DNA from: Stegostoma tigrinum
Taxonomy: Eukaryota
Length of the DNA: 64,000 nucleotides
Assembly: GCF_030684315.1 (NCBI RefSeq)
Contig: NC_081367.1
Span: forward strand, 11,886,792 to 11,950,791
Direction of reading: 5' to 3'
The first letter of the stretch is position 1, and each line of letters begins with the position of its first letter. Below are positions 24,217 to 36,200 of the stretch, piece after piece. The translations under genes were made by a program, and so were the position numbers. The notes under the pieces were generated by a model. It did not search any database. It saw nothing but the letters and a program-made list of their open reading frames with translations, and had not been told where the DNA came from.

Positions 24217-27200
24217 CTGAGATAGCCTGTCTCATAACCATAACACACTGTGAATGAGCTAAATGTCCTGACAGTAGGACTACACGCTTCACTCAGGAAG
24301 AGACCCTAGCTAATCTGACTGGGCTACAGCTTCAACACTCCTTTCAGTGCCGGAGTTCATCAGTGAGCACTGCCAGGAGTGCAGGAAAGAACACGAGGAG
24401 GACCTTGTCTGTGCCAGGAAGGTTAAGCCCTGTTGGTTTAGAGTGGTGAGCAATTCCAGATCCCAGGAAGAAGGGCGAGAGGTTGATAGTGTGAATGGAA
24501 GGAGGCTTATATCTTGGATGGGTAATGGTGCCCCTAATGCATGCTGAACACCCCTCCCAAATGAAGTGCTCCCCTTCCTTACATCCTTTCCACATGAAGG
24601 CTGTTAACAACAGCCTGCTTGACCATCCATGCCGAACATATTTTGGCACCAGCAGCATGTTCTTTATGTCTTGTTAAAATGACCTTTATTTAATTATCCA
24701 AATATGACAGGTGGGCTGCCAATTTCAGCACCTGTTCACTTGGCACTTTTCCTTCATGGATGAGAGGGTCACAGGCTGGGTCAGCATTTATTGCCCATCC
24801 CAAATGGCCCAGAGAGCAGTTAAAAGTCAAGCACATTGCCATTGGCCTGGAGTCTCACATGCCATACCCGGTATTTTTGGCCAATCTCTATCGCCGAGGG
24901 AAATTAATAAACCAGATAGGCTTTAAACAGCAATAAATGCATGGCTACTCATGGGCTTAAGTTTTAATTCCAGATTTTTGTTGAATTCAAATTTCACCAT
25001 TTGCTGTGGTAATATTTGGGCTCTTGTCCCCAGAATATCACCCTAAGGTTCTGTCGAAGACCCTAGATTAAATCACACACCAAAGGCCCAGACTTCAAGG
25101 CAAAGAGATTTTATTCGTGATATCAATGAGAGTCAACGCTGACAAAAGATCAGGTCCGAAGACTCCGACAAGTACAAAAAAGAAGCAGAATTTATACAGT
25201 GGTACAAACAAGTTAAAACAAACTGTAATTGTACTGTATTTTTAACAAGGCAAGGTTTTTACTTAGGAACCAGATATACATTAATTAAAGCAGAATGCGA
25301 TGAAGATAAGATTGTGCAGATGTTGCGAGCTCCAGCTTTTTGCTGTCTGTCCTTTGTGACTTCTCAGAGTAGGGAAAGGCAGGTTGCAGATACGACAATA
25401 TGTACTGTTTCATAAAGCTAAAGTTTCCCTACTTTGTGCTCCTAGTCATATATTATTTTAACTCATTACTACTCAGCCTAAATTAAACAGTCTCAACATT
25501 CAAGTACTCCACAGGTTCTGAATTAATACCTCAGTGCCATTACCATGATGGCACATCATTGGCAAAGCTCAAGGATAGGTTTGAATCAGGGGATGGTTAC
25601 AGAACACGGGGCATTTATTCTGAACATCAAGCCTGTGCTGCTTCTCTGAAAATGTGGTTTGGCCAGTCCCAATCCTCCGTGTTTTCCCCATATTCCTGCA
25701 TTTTTTTTTCTTCTCTTCAGGCAGTTATCCAATACTGTAATTGTTTTTCCTTCATCATGCTCAGGGTCGGGATGTTAAGGCCTCCCTGGAACTGGCCAGT
25801 CGATGGTAGAGGGGCACCTACCTGCCTTTACTGGTATTTTATCTCTGGCAGGCAAGGAGTGGATGGCCCAACTGATCATCGTGTCACAGATTCAGCATGG
25901 AAACAGACCCTTTGGTCCAATCAGTCCATGGCAACCATAATCCCAAACTAAACTAGTCCCACCTGCCTGCACTTGGCCCATATCTCTCTAAATATTTATT
26001 ATTTATGTACTTACCTAAATGTCTTTTAAACACTGTAATTGTACCTGCATCCACCACTTCCTCTGGAAGTTCATTCCACACACGAATCACTCTGTGTAAA
26101 AACAAAATTGCCACTCACATATTTTTTAAATCTTTCTTTTCTCACCTTAAAAATATGCTCCCTCGTCTTGAAATCCATGGACCAGTTCAGGCCCTTGGTT
26201 GGCCAGATAAATGCCAGTGAAGATATCTGGATTGTCCAAAACTGATGCTGAATTGAACAACCTTGTAAGTCAGAAATTCATGGGCTATCAACTGAGCCAC
26301 TCATAGGAGCCATCTAGTAATACAGCATAAGACCTAGAACACTACAGCACAGCACAGGCCCTGGAGCCCACGATGTTGTGCCGAACATTTACCCTAAACC
26401 TAAGGTCTATCTAACCTCCACCCCTACCTTATACTATCATCCATATGTCTGTCTAATAGCCGCTTAAATGCCCCTAGTAATGGGAATGACAATACCTGGA
26501 TACTTGACTTAATGCTTTCCAGCAATATGACATTAACCATATTGCTTTTCAGGAGCAATATTGAAAGGAAGAATCGCGAGAAAAACAGAGAACACTAACA
26601 TTGTCAGAGTGCCGCAAAGAAGTGGTAAGTAATCTCGAATTCCAGCATGGTTGGATCAAGTGACAGTGTCAAGGATCTTCAGGAAATGGGGCTGTTACAT
26701 TTTGGCTCACCCCCAAACATTGTACTCATGCCCAGCTTGGAAGGCACATTCCATAAGCAGAGCCACAGCTCTATCGAAGGACTTATCCCACCCAATGCCT
26801 TTGAGCTCAGATTTTCAGTTTCTGCCCATATGGAGCATGTTTTCAAAGGGGCAGGAATTGGATCCACTCAGAGGTGTTTCCTTGACCACGACCGACCTTC
26901 TGACCTGAGGACTTTTAACTGATTTTCATGAGTTCCTGGGTCTTCCATGCAGCAATGACATCGTACTCTGCGTATGAAAGATATGTTACTTTGTGTCAGT
27001 GAGATGTGACTAATTGCCAGTGGCAATTTTCTTTGTGTCATGAAAATGTAATTCTGTCTGTGAAATCTCTCTGTTAGTGAGATGCTATTCTGTGTATTGA
27101 AGAAATATAAATCTGTGAATCAGTGAAACATTACTCTGTGTAAAATGAGATAACACTCTGTGTAGTGAGATGTCTCTCTATGTATCAGTGAGATATTACT

Positions 27201-30200
27201 CTGTGCGTCGGTGAGATATTATTCTTTGTCAGTGAGATGATACTCCACGTGTAGTGAGATTAGATTAGATTAGATTAAAGTGTGGAAACAGGCCCTTCAG
27301 CCCAAGAAGTCCACACCACCCCTTGCAGTCCATCCACCTAGACCCATCCCCCTATAACCCATGCACCCCTGAACACTACAGGCAAGTCACTCTATGTATC
27401 AGTGAGATGTTACTCTGTGTGTCAGTGAGATATTACTCTGTGTGTCAATGAACTGGGACTTTGTTAATGAGGTGTGAACAGAGGATTTAGGAGCAGGAGT
27501 AAATCATTTGGCGCTTTAAGTCTACTTTACCATTCAACAAGTTTGTGCTTGAACCAGTTTTTGCTTCTTAGAGTAAGAAAATCTCTTTCCATTTTAAGAG
27601 TGGGTTTTCTCAGTGTTAACTGGCTTCCTTGTATCTGCCACGTATCAATTCATCTTGTAACCTTGTGTATTTCAAATGGAGAACATCTCATTCGTCTAAA
27701 CACAAGGGATTACAGGCACAACATTTTCAACCTTTCTTCTGAGAAAAGCCCTCCATCCCAGGTATGAATCTTTTCTGAGATAACACAGGAAGTTGACGTC
27801 AACTTTCCTGCTCTTCTGATGCTGCCTGGCCTGCTGTGCTCCTCCAACTCTACACTGTGTTATCTCTGACTCCAGCATCAGCAGCTCTTACTATCCCTGA
27901 GTGAATCTTTTCTGAATTGTTTCTAACACAATTGCATACATTTTTTAAAGAAAAGGAGTCCAAATCAGTGAGCAGTGTTCCAGATGTGGTCTCACCAAGG
28001 CACAGTAAAGCTACAGTGAAACTTCCCGACTTTAATATTGAACTCAAGGATGGTCACTGCACTTTACAGGAAGGATGTAATTGCTCTGAAGGTAGGGCAA
28101 AGAAGATTAGATTAGATTAGATTCCTTACAGTGTGGAAACAGGCCCTTCAGCCCAACAAGTCTACACTGCCCCTTGAAGCATCCCATCCCGGACCATTCC
28201 CTATAACCCACACACCCCTGAACACTATGGGCAATTTAGCATGGCCAATCCACCTAGCCTGCACATCTTTGGACTGTGGGAGGAAACCGGAGCACCCGGA
28301 TGAAACCCACGCAGACACAGGGAGAATGTGCAAACTCCACACAGACAGTTGCCCGAGGCTGGAAACAAACCCATGTCCCTGGCACTGTGAGGCTGCAGTG
28401 CTAACCACTGAGCCACCATGCTGCCCATAAAATGATTTACTAGAATATTTCCTGGGCTGGAAAATTATAGCAACAATGAGAGGTTGGGGTTGTTTTCCTT
28501 GGAACAGAGAACAGTGATTCTCTGATTGAGATATACAGAATTGTGAGGGATGAAGATAGAGTAGATGAGAGGATTCTGTTTCCATTGGCAGAGAGTTCAA
28601 AAGTCAGAGATTGTAGATTTAAGCTTAGTGGCAAAAGGATTAGAGGAAACACGAGGAAAAACCTTTTTGTGCAGGGGGTGGTGGGGATCTGCAATTTGCT
28701 GCCTGAGTTGGTAATGGAGACAAAGAACTCTTAAAAACATACCCGGATCTGCACCTCAAGTGCTGTAAGCTGCATGACTATAGGCTATGTGCAGGAAGAT
28801 GCAATTAGAAAGGGTATTTGGAAGCCTTTGGATTGTCATGGACAAATTGGGCTGAATGGTCCCCTGCTCTGCTGTATCTTTTCAATGGCTGTAGGTTCTA
28901 TTCACCATGAAATAAGTGCCAACATTCCACTTGCCCTTCTGATCACTTGCTGACACTGCATGCTAGTTAGGAATCATGTACCAAGACACTAAAATTTTCC
29001 TATACACAGAGCTCTTTAATTTCAGTTGTTACAGATAATATCCTCCTTTTCCATTCTTCCTGCCATAATGGAGATTACACTATTCCACATTATACACTAT
29101 TCACTTGTGGATATCCTTTTGTAGATGTGTTATCCACCCCACTCCCCCACCAACCTTGAAAATTTATTTTCCTTCCTAACTTGACGGCATTGATAAACTT
29201 AAATGCTGGTCTCAAAGCCCTTTGGTTTACTGCCTTTAATCTCCCCCGTTTCCAATCTGCTTAGACTCTCCCAGATTTTTGAGAACATTGGAAGGTTATA
29301 ATCAATGCCTCTACAAATTCAAGAGCTACTTCTTTTGAGATTGAAGGATGCAGGTCGTCTGGTTTTGGGGACTTGTCACCCTTAAGGCCCAAAAGTCTTC
29401 TTTGTTGATAAGGATTGTTTGACGTTCCTCTACCCCTTTTACATCTTAATTTTCAGGTTTCTTTGAAAAGCTTTTCAAGACTTCTGCAGTGAAGAGAAAT
29501 TCAAAATGCTTATTGCTATCTCCCTATTTTCCTTTATCAGTTCTGCCAGATTCCACCTAGAGGAACAAAACTAGTCTCAGTCACTTTTTTTTCTTATTCA
29601 AATACCGTGGAAACTCATGCTGTCTGTTTTTGTACCTGGCTATCTGTTTGCCATTCTTTGATTCCTCTGTCTGTTTATTTTTTCGCCATTCTTTGCTGTT
29701 TCTTAAAATCTGATCAATTTTCTGACCTACCACTAACCTTGACAGATTTGTACAATGTTTCTTTAAATTTGATGTGATCCTCAACTTGTTTATTTGCCCA
29801 TGGATGATGCATCCTTGCCAGAGATTCTCCTTTCTCATTGAGTTAACTCTTAGTTGAGCGCTATTAAGTATCTCCTTATTCTGTTATTCTTATTTTTGTA
29901 ATTGTGTACATCAATAAAATGTTTCCTAGTTCAGTGAAGTGTTGTACTGTTTGTTTGGTGGTTGTGCCTGAAATTTTTCGTATGTACTTATTTTAGTATT
30001 TCCTTTTAATAAGGAACACAATCAGTTCAAAGAGACAGCAATCCTGCAACCAATGAACTTTCTGCCTCGAATGCTAATGTTAAGGGAATTCTCATCAAGC
30101 AAGTCTTAGAATCAGGTATTAAACTAATCACAATGCACACTCAGGATGGGGACCAATATGCGAATGGAGCTGAAATGTAACTTTGTTTTTCCTCATTTCT

Positions 30201-33200
30201 CCATTTTGTAACTATGAATAGTACCCAGGTACTCTGTACCTCAGATGGTGCCATGTGTGGTTACATTATTACACTGTAACTAATCTTGTAACTGAAAAAG
30301 CTGCACCTAAGTACCTTTACTACTAAGATGGTGCTGTAAGTGGCAACTTATAAACGTTACACTGTACTCATGTGAGTACATGTGACAATAAAGCTAATTC
30401 AATTCAGTGCTCTCGCACTATGAGCTAGAAATATGAAAAGAAACGTAAATTGGGGTGAGATTTATCAGAATCCACCCATTTGTAGATTCGTAGAACGATA
30501 AGATGGATAAGGAGGCCATTCGGTCCATTATAACTCGACTGGCTTTTGGAAGGTCAATACAATTGTTCCCAAATCTCAATTCTCTTCCAGAACGCATCAA
30601 ATTTTCTGCTTATCCACTTTTCTTTAGAATGTTGTTATTGAATGTACTTCCACCACCATTTCATGCAGTGCATTACAAATCACAAGGACGTGTATGTAAA
30701 AAGTAAAACAAGAGAAGGCAGACTTGTATTTGTGCAGTACTGATGAAAGGTCATGACTGGAAAGTAAATTCTGTATCTCACACCATGGAAGTAGCCAGAC
30801 CTGCAGAGTATTTCCAGCATTTTTTGTTTTTATTTCAGATTCTAGGCATCTGTAATATTTTGGCTTTACGTTTATAAACCATCGTTGACAACCAAAATAT
30901 CTTCCAAAAAAAAGTAGAACCAAATAAATACTTCTGAAGTTTAGTAATTATTGTAATTTTTAAACATACAAGCCAATTTGTTCAAAACAAGTTCTCATAA
31001 ATAGCAATGTGTGATATACCAGATAATCTATTACTACGATGTTGATTCAGGGATGAAATATCATCCAAGACATTAGGGAGACACCTCCTCTCTTCTTTGA
31101 TACAGTACTTTGGGACTTTTTGACACAAACCTGAGAGGACAGACAGGACTTTGATTCACTGTTTCAACAGCTCCAACATTGCTATTCTCCTTTAGGACTT
31201 CATTGAAGTGTTGACCTTGATTTTTGCATCCGATTCCTGGAGTGGGAATTGGCCCCATGAGCTTCTGACTCAGAGGCAAGAGTGTTAATGACTGACCCAT
31301 AGCTGACATGACAAAACTGTTTTGCAAAAAGAAACTTTGCTCACTTCCTCAGTGAGTTTTGTGGCTTGGTGGATGCAATGGTAGAATTTCTATACCATCT
31401 TGCAACCTCAGTGTACCACTGAGTGTCACCCTGTGACTTCCAAAGATTGTGCATAACAGGCCATATTCCCTTCCTGAGCCACCTTTCCCGGGCTCGGTAT
31501 GAGTTTAACTCAAGATGACGATAAGGTTTCATTACAATTTGTGACATTTAAAAGGCCCAACAGTGGCTGGTCAGTGTATTCATTTTTCTTGAGATGAAAT
31601 GTTACTAATCTGGAATTTGAAGTGTTCAGAATTATGAAGATTTTTTGATAGAGCTGATAAGGAGAAATTGTTCCAGTGGCTGGTCACAGTATTAAGCTGA
31701 ATAGAGACCTTACAGAGTGGAGCACATACACCCACAATGCTATGTTAACTCTATTATTATAGAATTGCAGATCTCTTCCTTGAGGCTGTTTCCCACTTGA
31801 CATGCTCAATATCTGTCTGATATGAAGCTGAAAAAAGTAAAAGCTTCCACCTCACTGTAGAGTTGTTAGGACAACCCACATCAAACAAACTGCTCAAAAT
31901 GCTGTTCACCTTTTGGCACTTGTAACAAATTGCCCCACAGCTTCCGTCGTAATCCTCAAATTCTAAACAATTAACAATGTCATAAATAAAACAACCCACT
32001 ATACTCTAAAGAAAATGCCTGTCTCATTTCTCAACATTATTGGATCCATGAGAAAAGCTCCAGATCCAAATCCATCTGCTGTCCCAAAACTGGACAGTCC
32101 TTTGTTGAGCCACACCCTCAGTGTACCACGTTCCAATTTGCCCATACATTTTTGAAATATATAAAAATTGGGGGAGGAGATGGCCTAGCGGCATTATCTC
32201 TAGACTATTAATCCAGGAATCCAGCTAATGATCCTGGGATCTGAATTCAAATCCTGCTACAGCATTAAATTGAATTCAATTTGTAAAAAAATCTGAAATT
32301 AAGAATCTATCAATGACCATGAAACTACTGTCAGGAAGAACCCATCTGGTTCATTTATGCCCTTCAGGGAAGAAAATCTGCCATCCTTACCTGATTGTGA
32401 CTCCAAACCCAAAGCAATGTGGTTGTCTCTCAACTGCCTTCTCAGATGGCCCAGCAAGTCAGGGCAGCTAGGGACAGGCAATAAATTCTGGCCAGACAGC
32501 GACACCTGAATGCCATGAGTGAATAAAAAAGTGTATAGTTTACAAACAGGCAACCAATAATGGTGAACATATCACTCTGGCCACCTTCAATGATGGACAT
32601 AACAATTGACAAAAGAACTAATAAAGAACATATGCTGCCAAAAAGGGTGATCAGAGAAGCAGATTCAGTAATAACTTTAAAATGAAATTGGATGTACTTG
32701 TAAAGGGAAAATTTGCACGGTTACACGGAAAGAACAACAAAGTTGTGCTAATAGGAGACCATTTTCAAAGAGCCTCCATGGGCATCCTGGTCCTAATGGG
32801 GTTCTTTGTGCTGGAGGATTCTAGATTTTGTCCCAGGGCGATCTGAAAACTGGAGAGGAAAACTGACGGCAATGAAAAAGGTTAAAAATTCAGTAAAACA
32901 AACAACTGTATCCTCCCTCAATTTCTCAATTCTCTTGTCAAATTATATAAACATTTTCTTGGAGAGATATATGACCCATACAAAGAGATCATAGAAACAA
33001 CGTTTGCAGTGATTCATGTAAGAATGTACAACAAGCAATGAGTCCTATCACTGAAATAAATTTAAAAAAAACAGGGATTTAAGTGAGGTTTTCAAAGTTA
33101 GTAATAATTTTGAGATTTTTTCCATCTGTTCACAAAATTTATCAAGTGGTTCTGATGTGAGAATTATTGCTGGAAGAATGAAGAGAAAAACTAGTTCAGA

Positions 33201-36200
33201 CATGAAATAATACAGAAGTTGCCTATCAGCCCACTGAGTCTGCTGTGACTCTTTTGAAGAGTAAACCAGCTGATCCCGCTTTCTAACTCATTGTCCATAT
33301 CTTTGCAATTAGTTTTGTCTACAAGTATTCATCCAATTCACTGCTAAAGGCTAGTCTTGAATTGTAGTTCCTAACATCAAGACAGCATAAAAAAAACATT
33401 TTGTCTTGCTCTGAGCAGCTCCTGGCTTGACCATTGATATAATGTATTTATTGTGTGTAGCCAAATAATGTACATGCTAAAATTCTGAATACTCTGAAAA
33501 TTATTTCAGCTCAGTTTAAGATTTTCAAAGCTTTGGTTCTTTAGCCAATTTTATTAAGCCCATGCCGTCCAGTTTATTGACCTTTGAACTGTTGGAACCA
33601 ATTTTTCTTTTTGTTTTTATCTTCAACTTTTCTTAAACCCTAGTAAAAGCCTGCTCGGCACTCTCTGTTCAAGAAAGAACAATTCCAACTTCTCCAATCT
33701 ATGCACAGAACTATATTGTAGTTCGTGAAACAGTTCAATTTTTCTCTTGCTTTACTTCAATGGAAGGGTTTATTTCTCAGCTTCTCAGGAGGCAAAGATG
33801 AGGTCTGTTACAGGGGAAGGCCTTGGTGGGTTGGCATACAGGAAAGCACTGATGAGCTTCCAAACTGAACTGCAGCATGCATTTGAGGCTGGATAGACAG
33901 CCTCCTGCCTTTGGAGTATGGAAGAGGGTATCAAATAGAGCTTGTCCTCTTCATAGTCTCTGGTTATCCTGTTATGGGAAGAATATTTTTAAACTGGAGG
34001 GGGTTCAGTAAAGATTTACCAGGATGTTGATGGGAATGGAGGGTTTGGTATATAAAAAAAAGGGAAAGGCTGGCACTTTTTTCACTGAATCGTAGCAGTT
34101 TGAGGGATGGCCTTATTGAGGTTTATAAAATCATACTGGGCATAGAAAAGGTGAACGACAAGGGTCTTTTCCCTCAGGCAGAGTAATTCAAAACTAGGAG
34201 GCATCATTTGAAGGTGAGAGGCAAAAGATTTAAAAAGGACATGAGGGGCAACCATTTTTACACAGAGAGTGGTTCATGTGTGGAATGAACTTCCAGAGAA
34301 AGTGATGGATGCAGGTACCGTTATAATGTTTAAAAGATATATGGATAAGTTCATGAATAAGGAAGGTTTGGAAGGATATGGGCCAAATGCAAGAAGTTTA
34401 GTTTTGGAACATGGTCAGCGTGGTCTTGTTGGGCCAAAGGGTCTGCTTCTAGCTGTTTGATTCTATGGCTCTATGACGCTGCTCCATCTCCCTATCATCC
34501 TGCAGACCCTAAGACACTGCCACTGTAGAAAAGCAAGAACTTTATGCTAAACTTTTGAGTCACAAGTTAGGCCCCAAATGATCTTGTAGAAGATGCTAAA
34601 CTTAGAACTGAAGTCAATATTGAGTAGGATAGTAAAATATTTTGGGAACCCATACACAGCTTAGTAAATGTTCAATGCAATTTAATGGAGACAAACGTAG
34701 TGCCATGTAAATTGGTAAGAAAACCGAGGGGAAGCAAATTAGATTAAGTGATATAATTTTCAAATGGGTGTAAGGCACAGAACCCTCAGGGTTTATGCAC
34801 ACAAATCTTTGATGTGATAATATGATAAAACTTTAGAACACAAAAGCAAAGATGTTGAACTAAACATTTATTAATCATTAGTTTGGCCTCGAATGAAGCG
34901 CTGTGTCTAATTTAGGAAGGATGTCAAGACCTAGGAGAGCAGTACTGGGGATATGTAACTTGAATTCAGATGAAATGTTAAGGGAAACAGGGAATGTTCT
35001 TTTTACAGCAGAGAAAGCTAGAGAGAGGTTCATAGGAGAATCCAAATCATGAACAAGTTTTTACAGAGCAAATAAGGAGAAACCTTTTTGAGTATCAACA
35101 GGGATATATCATGAAGATACTTGATGCAAGAGGCGAGATGAGAGTACTTTTCAGAAGTGTGTTTTGATGGATGATGGAAGGAGGGAAAGATTGATAGTAG
35201 GGTAGGTGAATGAGTTTAATTGGATAACTCCTTCGAAGGGCTGACACAGAAATGATGGACTGAATTGCCTCCTTCTGTACTATGGTTCTGTAATAGGTGT
35301 TGTGAAGGATATTGACATCTGATGTATTCCATTCAGGAATTTCCAAAAAGGGAATTAAGGATACTGGAGAAACACATGCTCTCAGTAAGCCTGACGATCC
35401 CGGAGGGAAGAGTCGGAGTAAGGCCTGGAAGTTGGGCACTCGCTGCAGAGGAATACCCCAGGCGCAGGTATTGCAGAGCATCAGGAACAACACTGACAAC
35501 CCATTTATACACAGCCTTTGATCGCGGTTGAATTTGGGGTCTAATTGTCTGAGGCCACAGATACCTCAGCTGGGTGAAGGGAGGTTGGAATACACAGCAG
35601 ACCACAGCAGCAAGTGTAGACAGTTCTGGCTGTGTTGTATAGCTGGACGATGTTACAGATGTGGAGATAGAAGACCATGAAGACTTTGAAACATTGAGAA
35701 ATGTTAGTTTAAAGGTTTGGGGGGTGTGGTGCCAGGAAATTAATGCAAGTCCAGACCTCTTTATGATTTTGAAAACTTCTATCAAATTGCCTCTTAGCCA
35801 TTTTTAGTTTACAATGAGTTCAAACCCTATATTTCCAGGGCTGAGCACACTGAGGGCACTCAGGATATTGAGGAGGGCTTGAGAGCGCAAAGGCTTTGCT
35901 TGTGAACAGAAGGAAAGGCACGAGCGCAGGCCATGCCTCAGATTGCTAGTGGCTAAGTCAAGAAACCAGATACTTTATTGGATTTATTTTGGAGCAGTGT
36001 CAATCATAATGACCAGTGATAAATAATGAGATCCATAAAAGTTAGGTATGAGTGAGAATTACAAGGTCGTTACCCCGGTTCCCTCCAGGCCTGAGTTTAC
36101 TTCTGGTTGGCTCTCACACCTTTTCCTAATTTCCTGTCTGAACAGAAAAACGATGATGAGTGCGCAGTGTGCAGAGATGGAGGTAAACTGATCTGCTGCG

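Noticed and set aside
26975-27450. CRISPR-like array
   Set aside because: Eukaryotic intron, degenerate adjacent units, no unique spacers and no cas genes.
28360-28428. tRNA genes (also 53957-54030 and 20340-20430)
   Set aside because: tRNA-like heads of SINEs with SINE bodies and tails; no intact cloverleaf evident.
35561-35680. Candidate AIRE exon 7 ([11 protein letters not shown]...)
   Set aside because: Weak pyrimidine tract, no in-phase GT donor before a stop, and only a 5-aa resemblance to human.
35333-35785. 150-aa antisense ORF overlapping AIRE exon 6
   Set aside because: Starts in a CR1 scrap (IEVFKIIKR) and is otherwise antisense shadow with no recognisable domain.
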